In this document: positions 54,494 through 64,000 of the stretch, piece after piece
Layout: the number at the start of each line of letters is the position of its first letter
Position numbering within the stretch: position 1 is the first letter of the stretch
NCBI GenBank assembly: GCA_040954595.2
Contig: CM082595.2
Coordinates: forward strand, 9,289,918 to 9,353,917
Source: Balanoglossus misakiensis
Taxonomy: Eukaryota; Animalia; Hemichordata
Direction: 5' to 3'
Length of the DNA stretch: 64,000 nt
The notes under the pieces: model-generated
Database searches by the model: none
Seen by the model: the letters and a program-made list of their open reading frames with translations, nothing else
What the model was told of the DNA's origin: nothing
Program-made: the position numbers and the translations under genes

Positions 54494-55926
54494 ATATGGG
54501 ACTAAACTTGACAGATACCCGGAATATTTTCCTATTCAGGATATCTGGTTGCATTTCCACCTAAAGGCGTCCTATTGGCGTGGAAATTGTATAACTTGAA
54601 ATCGTTTGACTGGGTGATAGGTATTAATATCTTATGATGTTATAAAACACTTGGCTCGCCGAAGGTATGGACCGATTATAGCGTCAGTCGTGTCATACAA
54701 TCTATATGAACGTCATGGGTCAATAAACTTGATGGTCCAATAAAATTCAATGGTTAGTAAAACTATTGTGTCCAATGTCTGCAGAGTATACTGGCTGCAA
54801 CATGTGTATGAGTCAGGATTAATGTCTGTAGCCATCAACCCAAAAGGTGAACGTCCTATTCTCACTAACTTAAATAGGTTTTGCGACCTAGTTGAGTTAT
54901 AAAAACCTTATGATAAAGTCGACACAATTTCAAGATGACGATGTGCAAATGAGAGTTCATAAGCTAAAGTAAAGTTCAATGAATTCTATACAAAGTTCAA
55001 AAAAGATTGTTTACTAAAGGAAGACATGAAAAAACTGATATCGTCTCTTCATATTCGTACATGTCTAACTGTTGTGATTTGACCCCTCCCCCCCCCCCCC
55101 CCAGGACATGGTACATGAAGCTATTACTTAGTACACACTTAAACAATTGGCATTTGAAGTTCCTTGCTTGACAGTGTTTAATGCGGTGGTCAGTCGCGTT
55201 TATCTCTCGCCACTTCATGCATCATGTCGCCTTAAAGGGGCAAACTCTCTCTCCCGTCGCCCTTTTCTATTAATAATGTTTGATACAAGACACCGTTTAT
55301 ATTAATGGGCATGTGTATATGTAGTGAATGAACGTTCAACCACACACAACTTCCATCCTGCTTGTATGATATGAGAGTAAAAACTCGCCCAAAATGAATA
55401 AATGGTAGAGACCGATTTTTCAGTTTGGCGAGTTTTCGCTCTCGTGTCTACATGCGGGATGGAAGGTGTGTGCGGTTGAACGTTGCATCACTATATATCC
55501 ACATTTACATTAACATAAACGGTGTTTTGTATTGTCATTTCTTTTAATCGTGGATTTTCGTTTCTGATTTGTATGTATAATGAAAATCCATTTTGGGTCA
55601 CTGCACTTGTTTTCGACTTTAAACAAGGCCGTGAATTTAGTCGATAATTGAAGAAAACTGCTGACGGTCAGCATTTTCTACCAATGGTTTGCCTATGAAT
55701 ACAATATTGAACAAAGTTTATCTCAAAATAGACCGTGGTGAATTTATTTTGATTTGTCGGAGCTATGTGTAAAATTTCCTGAAAATGACAATAATAGAAG
55801 GGAGTTTTCTAACTATTCTCCATGTACTCCTATGGGAAGAGACACAGGCGCACTGTTTACCAGTTGACGTTCTGCGCGTACATCATTGAGTGTACTGGCA
55901 GCTAACTTATTGTTTATTTGTAACAG

Positions 55927-55984
55927 CAATTGGATCTTGGAGCACTGTTTGGAACACCCTTTGTGAAATATGAATGTCCAGAAG
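55927..55984 (+). CDS. Coding exon (58 bp, phase 0->1) QLDLGALFGTPFVKYECPE-G, start of a C-type lectin domain
   Basis: Acceptor TTATTGTTTATTTGTAACAG, donor AAG/GTAAGT, open frame; its CPEG joins the next exon in phase. Confidence 0.85.
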
Positions 55985-56325
55985 GTAAGTTGAATTGACC
56001 CTAGCCCTTTCACCAACATGGTTCAGTCAAAACCAATTGTTTTATATGGTAATGTTGGACCTCTAAAGAGGAAACGGGGGGGGGGGGGTGATGAAAGGTT
56101 TAAGACTTACAGATCACAACTTAAATAGCCATTCAGAAAGAGGCTTAGAGTGGAGTATCAAATCGGACGATACCACTGACTGGTGGAGGAAGACAAAATA
56201 AGCAAACTGAGTAGATGAGTGCTCAGATTTCTTCAGAGGACCAAACGTTTCAAAGAATTATACGTGACAATCCATGCCTGGTCCGTCAGTAGATATAAAC
56301 AGAACATTGTGGCTGTATTCATTAA

Positions 56326-56616
56326 AGGGACAAAGTCTCTCTCTCGCTGCCCTTTTTCCATTAATTATGTTTGATACAAGACTGCGTTTATATTATTCTA
56401 CATGTGGATATAGTGAATCAACGTTCAACCATACACACCTTCCACTCCGCTTGTATAGACACGAGAGTTTTAAAAAGTCGCCAAAATGAATAAACGGTCT
56501 CTACCATTTATTCATTTCGGGCGGGTTTTTACTCTCGTATCATACAAGCGGGATGGAAGTTGTGTGTGGTTGAACGTTCATTCACTAACATAAACGGTGT
56601 CTTGTATCATGTCCCT
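56326..56616. mobile_element. 291-bp palindromic TTAA MITE, copy B (intronic, 67 bp before an exon)
   Basis: Same termini and sequence as 5491-5781. Confidence 0.85.
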
Positions 56617-56683
56617 TTAACACTTTTGAAGCATTTTACTAATGCTAACATGACTAGACCAATTGAATGATGTTACATTGCAG

Positions 56684-56765
56684 GTTATCAACTCAGAGGG
56701 GCGTCTTGTTATAAAGCGGTACCTGACAAACAATCAGCTGGCAACGCTGAAAATACCTGTCAGTC
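56684..56765 (+). CDS. Coding exon (82 bp, phase 1->2) G-YQLRGASCYKAVPDKQSAGNAENTCQ-S, C-type lectin domain
   Basis: Acceptor TTACATTGCAG, donor GTAAGT; CTLD signature CY...A...C; phases match both neighbouring exons. Confidence 0.9.
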
Positions 56766-59700
56766 GTAAGTATGAAAGTATACATCATTTGAGTAGAATT
56801 TTATGGGAGATCCTAACAAGGCTTGGACATGTCACGCACAAATACAAAGGGCGCGTATAAAGACAGACAAAACCTCGCTTAGTGTGAGGTGTTCAGCGAT
56901 TGCATCTGATAAGTCGAAAATGCTTGATCACGTGTCATGTTCAGTTGGGAAATTGGATATGTCTCAGGCCAAAAAAACTAATATGTGCTATTCCGATTAC
57001 ATGGTTTTCAAAAATAGGGTAGGTAGAAAGGGACATTTTTTTATTTTTCAATTTTTTTATATCTTTGGCCGTCGTAGTGTAGAAGAATGACATCATAGTT
57101 CTTGCGTGATTCTCGCAATTTTCATGAATTGTTGTATATTTGACATCGTTATTTTTACTTCCGGTTTACGAAGATCTAAACTGTTTTGGGTCGGCGGGCT
57201 AAAATTAGGGTAGTTCGGGTAATCGTTATGACATTGGGAGCTACGGCTGCAAAGCCATGTGTCTCGTGCGAAAAGGGCCCTTAACCTTTTGCAATATTTA
57301 ACAGCAAACAACAGACAGTTTTGAGAATAAAAGGTTTCCGTCGTGTCTGACTTTCATATCGCATTAATAGCATATCCCTAAATTTAAAGAAATTAGGAGA
57401 GACAGAGTGAAACAGGCAGAGTGGCAGACAGACACAAGCAGACAGACAGAGCAACATTCATCAGTAGAGACACTCATCGGTCGCTCGCTCGCTCGCTCGC
57501 TCACTCTCTCTCTCAGAGAGAGGGGGCAGACAGTCAGACAGACCGACGTTGACAGACAGTCAGTAAGTCAGTCAGCCAGTTAATCAGTCAGTCAGACGTC
57601 AAAGACACAGTGACACAAACACAGCGAGGGAGACAACAGGACCTTTCATGCTTAAACCCCTGTTCTTCTGTTATAAACTTTGAAAACCGTTCGTTTTCAG
57701 ACTGCAGATTGCTCGAATAACGCGACACACTGCCGAAACAATAAAACAAATACTAGTGGGAGCTCATAAAATAAAATCGCTCAACCATTCCGTCGTCCTG
57801 AGTGACCTCAGCCACATTAATTCCGACGTCTTTTTAGGGTCATGAAAAAAGTCACAAATAAGGTATTTCCCCTAGGTCCACCTGAAGCAAAAAGTTTTCG
57901 TTTCGACTCCATCATTCCGAATAGTAAGAAAGCAACAAAATTGAAAAGACAGATGTAAAATGCACTCTCTCTCACGTGGTAACGTTTGTAACTATGGCAA
58001 TCACGGTACGTGTTCAGTACACAGACAGGGAGAAAAGTTTCTCCATGCAATACATGTGTTCAGTAAGGTTTGACCTTGGTTTTACATTGTACCATGATCG
58101 CCGCTTTCTAAGCATGGATGAACGACGGCGGTCAGACCCAATCGAACCCTTTCATGTCAGATGACCACGGTATCTCCACTGTGAGATGACATTTGACAAA
58201 CCATTTGATTTCAACAAAATCTTCGCGTCGTCAACGCGTCGCATACCAGTCGCATATCGGTATTTACCCAATCATAAAAGTTGGAAATTCGGGAGACTCG
58301 ATCTGCAACCAAGTTGAGAGTAAATTTTGACGTTTGACTATTGGCAAGTAAACAGGTTACACAATGACTTGTCGGTTTTTCCTCCGTCATGGTCGTTCTC
58401 GACCCAAGTCCCCCCTCCCAATGTCCTTCCTTGACATTTAGACACACCTTGCGGTATGACCTTGGTGGTCATGTGCAATTAGTTTTCTTGTATAAAAGCT
58501 TTTCATGCCGGGGTAGACGACTTGTGCGTGGATCATCAACATTTCAGTGATATTTCAACGCAAAGTTTTAGCAATATTAAGAAAACAGGTAGTGAGGTGT
58601 CAAATGCATATCAATGTACGAAAATTAGGTCAAGCCACCCGACAGCAACCGCTTTCACACAGTGTCGGACGTTGCACGGAATGTGAAACGTTACACTGCT
58701 TCGGCCGTTCACATGCACCTGGCCGTGGGTTTGATTGATGGTCAAACGCCCCCACTTACTTTGGGCGTTTTCAATGGTAAATGTGTCGTATTGATCAAAA
58801 CCTTGCCGTAAACACATTTTTTTTGCTGAATCAACATTCAGAGTTCAGCCGTCTAGTTAACGAAGTATTGAAGTAAGCCACTTGTTCATCATTTTTTGTC
58901 TGTCAAACGTGTTTATTCGGACAGGGACCGGCCGCCAATGAGGGGTTTAGGGAGCCCACACGTACACTCTGGTACCTGGACAATTAACATAGACATGTCG
59001 TGTGTACCGTCCGGTTCGAAAAGATTGGTTTAAGGTAGTCCTGGTAACAGTCATCCTAACGAGGCCAGGGGAGGTCTCCAAGGGCGAAATAAACATAGCT
59101 ACCGATGACGAGTCGAATTCGAATCGGACGATGCTTGTTCATAAAAGGCACAGACATAAAGCTTCGAAGTTTTTTGTCTGTGAAGTAAAGATACGACTAA
59201 TCAGCCTATAGTGTAACCGTAGACCCTGGAGAAATACCAGAGCACAGCACAATGCAGCAAATGGAGTGAAACAAGAACAAAGCTTAGTATCTGCCGCAAA
59301 CAACGCTAAATCACACATTGACACTCCAAATAGAAGCAAGACAGCCGGGGGGGGGGGGGAGGCACAGTTGTAGATCGCGGTTTTGACCCGCCCCTTCCAC
59401 ATCCTGTAGATGTTTGTGCGTCCAAGGCATTTTTGATAAAATATAGACTTTTGTTTTTAGCTCGAGTGTGGCCTAAGTATATCACCGTTCCCACGAAAAA
59501 TGTCTGTCTTTTTCAAAACGTTGTATTATACTTCTGTGTTATTTGAACTCTAATACAAGTGACAGAATTAGAGGACAGATTTGGCACAGACAAAATTCGT
59601 ATTAACAAACCACAGAGAAAACGTCAAAATGGAGCGATTTATAAAATGATCAATTCCACGAGTTTGCAAATTAAAGTTAAAGAGATACAGTTTCATTGGG

Positions 59701-61288
59701 TGGATCACTATCCTAGAGCGGTCTGGAAGCATGGGTGGATTTTTACCTGGTGTTTGTTTACCTGGTAAAAATAGGCTATTGTTCTCCCCTGCTTTTCATA
59801 GCGGATTTTTTAACACGTCTCCTCGAGATCAAACATTAATGAGCGATTAAAAGCGCTTCGTATACTTTTTGTGGGTCGAGTTGTGTTTTTCGTTTTATTT
59901 GGTCATTAATTCGATCAGAATGGATTGTTTATTGTTGTATTGTTAAAAGCTTGGATTTTATGTTTCAGTTGTGCAGAGTGCTTAAGTATGCTCGACTTGC
60001 GTGGCAATTCTGCATATTTGGAGCATTCTTTGGAATTTAATTGATTTGGACATGAGTTTGTTGTTTGGTTGGTCATGGAACAACACGTGACATTGTCTGC
60101 ATGACATTCTTTAGGGTGTTCCAATTCTGTAAATGACATGAGGTGGTTACATAGGACCATATATGGCTGAGATGAGAACATATGGCGGCGCTCTTTTTTC
60201 GCGTGTGCCACCCACTAAAAATCTGTGATTGGCTACATCTCAATTTGCCATGGTAACTATAGCTAATTTTCCATAGGTGACCGTATACCTTTAATTGCCT
60301 GTTGGTACTAAACAGCACTCTCCCCGAGTCTAGTGAAACATCATTTTGGGGGATCTGGATTTCGTGTTCATTATTGCGTGACTGATACGGCGGGTATCGA
60401 TTAGAATAGGCCCTATCGTTAAAATAGAAGTTCATTCTTGTCGGGCGACCCAGGAAGGCATAAGCTTGACGTGCCTAAAGTTTGTCGGACATTGTTCGAC
60501 CATCACGGCTGCAAATTGGTTTAAGTTCGACCCTGGGCCCGGTGTAGCCTGCTCCAATAGAAATGGAGAAATTAAGTATAAGGCAACAACCCGAATGTGC
60601 CACTTTTTCACTCACAGCATCCCTATAAAACCACAGTAAGTGATAAAACAAAAGGTTAGGTCGACTTTTCATGTCCTTATGCGCATGAAAAGAAAAGAAT
60701 GAGACAGGGTCAATGAAGTCTAGTATCGTGTCTTCGTGCACACGAAGACGCCCGAGCCGTTCATCATCATGGTATTCCTCGTGGAATCTCTTGGCAAGTG
60801 CATGGCGTGTACCGAGTCAGAACATGTAAATACTGACTTCTGCCATAGACGTACCAGGTGCTTCGACGAGTTGGCCTTCGGCATTGTGGTTTTTTGGCTT
60901 TTCTAGTGAAGCCGAAGGCCAAAACCAAGGACCGTGACTAAACTGAAAAGCCCCCACCCCCCCCCCATCTCCCCCCCCCCGCCCTCACCAGTTTTTGTAG
61001 TAGATATGTTCTTCATGCCTACCCCAATTCTACCGCTGGCTGCGCTGTCACAGTGACCTCAAGCCAGGTCAAATTTGAGCTAAAAGACAAGTTCCGTCTA
61101 CATACTCATGAATATTTCTTGGTTTCTTCGCGTATAAACTCAGGAATACTATGCCCCTGAAGCATCGGCTGGCTTTGATGCACGTTATCATGTTTTAATT
61201 AGTCAAAGACCCACGGTAGCAAAGTAGGTAATTGTCTTTTTTTCACGCGTATCCTTTGGTCATATATTCTGCCTGCAGCCCCCAGCCC

Positions 61289-61604
61289 TCGCTGCAGTTT
61301 GCAGCCCCTCCATCTCCCCTGAACGAGTTTTGGTTTTGCCGATTGAAGTTGAATAACTGGGGAAAACGTAGGCAAAATCGACAAATACCGCGACATCCTT
61401 TGCCAGGTAAGCGCTGTATGGGTTCCGGGACCGATTTGGCGAAAAAATTGTGGAAAATTGTGGACTGGAGACGTCTGGAGTGTAGAAATTCGCTCCGGGC
61501 CCAAATCCCGGTCGCTCGTTGTGCGGTTTAGAATAGCTGGGACCTGCAGCCCCGCAAAAACAAATATCGTCCAGGGGAGATGGAGGGGCTGCAAACTGCA
61601 GCAA
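61289..61604. mobile_element. 316-bp TIR element with a 10-bp flanking direct repeat (Mutator-like TSD length; superfamily uncertain)
   Basis: GCTGCAGTTTGCAGCCCCTCCATCTCCCCTG(A/G)ACGA inverted at 61291-61326 and 61567-61602 (35/36); CCCCCAGCCC at 61279-61288 and 61605-61614. Confidence 0.75.
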
Positions 61605-62338
61605 CCCCCAGCCCCACATTCGCTGATATAATTGTCACGTACCTCGATAGTTATTATAATTTTTAGTTAGAGACGGCCTTGTAGACTCGGAATTGTAGAC
61701 TAGCGACGGCTCAGCTGGCATATCGTACCACTTTTTCTGTTACATTGCCGACCGGCCCGGCGCAACTACCGAGGAAAGATACGGGTGTGCTCGTGGGAAT
61801 TGTCAACTACCCGTTCATCGTTCGACTGCTCAACACAGATCATTGATAACACAATGTCACATTTCGAACTAATTTTGAAATTCTGGATAAATTCTCCAAA
61901 TATCCTGTTAATCTGGGATTTTCTTCCATCACCTTGATGCAACTGTATCAGAATTTGTCTTTTAAGTTTATTCACACCAAAAAAAAACAACAACAGCCAT
62001 TTCCTGGAAATTGTCATGTTTTCTCTAAAAGAAATAAGCTGAACTTTTTTATTCAAAGGAAACGTTCAGCAATTTTTTTTCTCCCCAAAATTCAGGTGAA
62101 TTTTTCACAGATTCTTTTTTCCCAGAAATTCTGCCGAAATCTACACTAATCACACACTTATTGGAAAGGTGTAACACAAAATATAGACTTTACAAACAAA
62201 AATCTAATGTTATACATTTATGAACCTCTTATTCACCAATATTAAATGTTTTCAAAGAGGAAATGTATTATTCACGGACTGGAATTTCGAAATTAGTTTG
62301 GAACATGTTTGATGTGTTATAAATTGGTTTATTTTCAG

Positions 62339-62457
62339 ATTTTATGGTGGGCACTTGACAGTAATTGAGGGTTATTCTGAAAATCGTTATGCTGGAGCAG
62401 AGATTGTAAACCAGATTGAAGAGACTTCCAATGAAACAGCGAACCATGGTTGGATTG
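62339..62457 (+). CDS. Coding exon (119 bp, phase 2->1) FYGGHLTVIEGYSENRYAGAEIVNQIEETSNETANHGWI-G
   Basis: Acceptor TTTATTTTCAG, donor G/GTGAGT; GGHL..I....EN and WIG motifs typical of CTLDs. Confidence 0.92.
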
Positions 62458-62670
62458 GTGAGTGTGTCTTTTAACAGTGTTTGTCAGTGTTCCCAAATAA
62501 TTTGTGGGTGTATCAAGTGTAAAAAATAACTGGTTTTGGAATTTGACAGTTTACAAGTAAGCACTGCATAGTAACACTTGAATGATAATTGTCTCAAGAT
62601 GGTAATTGAAAAGCCTATTTTTTACATCTCAATAACCTCACAAAATCTTGCTATTAAGTGACTCTGTATG

Positions 62671-62865
62671 CAGTTTTTCATCCAGATGGAGGGATGAGGG
62701 AATTCGCCCACTGTCAGCATGTTGGCACCCCCCTAGAAATTTGTCAAGGGGGAAATGGTGCCCCTTACAGACTCAGCGATGTCACTCATTCCCCTCCTTG
62801 CAAGAGTGCAACTATTCAAGCAAAGGGGGACATATCCCCCCCCCCCCATCCTGGATGAAACACTG
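62671..62865. mobile_element. 195-bp intronic MITE with CAG...CTG ends and a 7-bp direct repeat (hAT- or P-like)
   Basis: CAGTTTTTCATCCAG-ATGG versus CCATCCTGGATGAAACACTG; CTGTATG on both flanks (62664-62670, 62866-62872). Confidence 0.8.
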
Positions 62866-62901
62866 CTGTATGCATCTTCTTTCTTTATTTCCATTTTATA
62901 G

Positions 62902-63117
62902 GATTTAGTGGACCCAATCGAGATGGCAGTGTGGAATATGATTATTCAGATGGCAGGAAAGGTAGTGTCTTTGATGGTCGATGGGCAGACACAGAACCTG
63001 ATGCCTCCACTGGGCAATGTGTGAGGTTAAACCTCTTTGAAAATAATTACCCATTGTATCATGCAAGATGTGATGATGTCAGTCTGTCAATGTGTGAAGT
63101 AGCAGCTTGTGCTGAAG
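62902..63117 (+). CDS. Coding exon (216 bp, phase 1->1), C-terminal half of the CTLD: FSGPNRDGSVEYDYSDGRKGSVFDGRWADTEPDASTGQCVRL...RCDDVSLSMCEVAACAE-G; gene is uninflatable-like (tentative)
   Basis: Polypyrimidine acceptor ...CCATTTTATAG, donor AAG/GTAAGT; SDG, W...EP....CV and C.......CE motifs. The trailing ACAEG looks like the first Cys of an LDLa module. Confidence 0.92.
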
Positions 63118-63212
63118 GTAAGTCTGATTCAAATCAGCTAGAATCTTCCCTTACTCGCATCAGGTCTTTACTTTTCTCGCACTGCTGTAGTCACCTCCCA
63201 ATATATATACTA

Positions 63213-63512
63213 AGAGAGAGTGTGTGCAAAAGAGCGGGAGGGAGAGGCTGGAAGGGGAGAGTGAGAGGGGAGGGAGAGAGAGCTGGAGAGTGACAGGGAG
63301 GGAGGGGAGGGAGGGTGGTAGTGAGGGAGAGGGGGAGAGAGAACTAGAGGGAGAGGGAGGGTAGAGGGGGGTAGGGAGGGAGAGAGAGCTAGAGAGGGGT
63401 GGGAGGGAGGGAGAGGGGCGGGAGAGGGGAGGGAGAGGGGCGGGAGAGGGGAGGGAGAGAGCTAGAGAGGGAGGGGGAGGGGGTGGAAGGGAGGGAAGGA
63501 GAGAGAGTTAGA
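63213..63512 (+). repeat. Polypurine (GGGA/GAGA) low-complexity tract in an intron
   Basis: Almost exclusively G/A with many GGG runs; local repeats such as GAGAGGGGCGGGAGAGGGGAGG. Confidence 0.9.
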
Positions 63513-63757
63513 GTCCCCTAAGCAATACAAGATATACTTGGAAGAGCTCACCACTAAAAGTTAAACAAGGGGGATCAGATCATGTGATGTCTCCTTGGGT
63601 GCAGAATGGTGTTATATTTGAAATTCAAAATTGAGGCCAGTTGTCGCTAGATAATTCCACTCATTAATTGTATGGTTATTTGTATGATCATCTCCTTTGC
63701 AACTAAAGACTACTTTTGAACTGTCAGCAGAAAGTCTGATCCTCAAAGAATTTTGTA

Positions 63758-63948
63758 CTGTAAACAGGAAATTTTCGCGAGCGATACATTTTTGCGAACT
63801 ATGCGAGAGCCAAAAAAACGCGAAAATAAACAAGTTGTGTCAAAATGTTTTTCGAAGATAGCAATGCCGTGAAATATGAGGATGCGAAAATCAATCATCG
63901 CATAACAGTTGCCACTTTTGATATCATGAAAAATTTCCTGTTTTACAG
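63758..63948. mobile_element. 191-bp Tc1/mariner-type MITE (TA target duplication)
   Basis: TA CTGTAAACAGGAAATTTT...AAAATTTCCTGTTTTACAG TA. Confidence 0.8.
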
Positions 63949-64000
63949 TATGTCATAAATATAAATCAGAAACAAAACTGGGCCAAGTATTTTAAGAATC

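Larger units (their letters stand above)
50048..59139 (+). repeat. Segmental duplication copy B (more complete copy, continues into unique sequence); probably extends left to 49878
   Basis: Direct alignment with 1-8282. B additionally has 50710-51913 and 55870-56058; A additionally has 1291-1870 and ~4831-4886. Confidence 0.97.

Noticed and set aside
54540-54664. Possible extra exon after acceptor TTTTCCTATTCAG (A: from ~3850)
   Set aside because: No ATG/signal peptide and no phase-compatible open frame to a strong donor. It could be non-coding but is unsupported.
1-59139. Copies A and B as LTRs or a target-site duplication around the satellite
   Set aside because: They contain host exons and nested elements; no TG...CA ends, PBS/PPT or gag/pol were seen, and they are far too long for a TSD.
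60073-60846. Minus-strand ORFs of 88 and 120 aa, roughly in series
   Set aside because: Interrupted by stops, with no motif I can recognise; may be decayed transposon sequence.
62931-63293. 120-aa ORF as a stand-alone gene
   Set aside because: Only the part up to 63117 is exonic; the rest is read-through past a GTAAGT donor into intron.

Overview
Animal (intron-containing, probably marine-invertebrate) genomic DNA, not prokaryotic. A ~41.6 kb A/T-tract-rich satellite array (78-bp monomer, 8281-49877) separates two direct, roughly 98%-identical copies of a ~8-9 kb segment (copy A 1-8282; copy B 50048-59139). The segment carries a 5'-truncated dead LINE (RT, minus strand), several TTAA-flanked (Kolobok-like) MITEs, a probable Helentron/HINE-like terminus and small coding exons that the ORF track misses. 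Four GT-AG exons on + (55927-55984, 56684-56765, 62339-62457, 62902-63117) splice in frame into an N-terminal C-type lectin domain resembling uninflatable-type receptors. Copy A keeps an identical duplicate of the 82-bp exon (5849-5930) but lost the preceding exon through a 189-bp deletion. The satellite shows nested higher-order repeats and matching variant blocks at both edges. The many ORFs inside it are translation artefacts. An assembly artefact (two haplotypes laid in tandem) cannot be excluded without reads.
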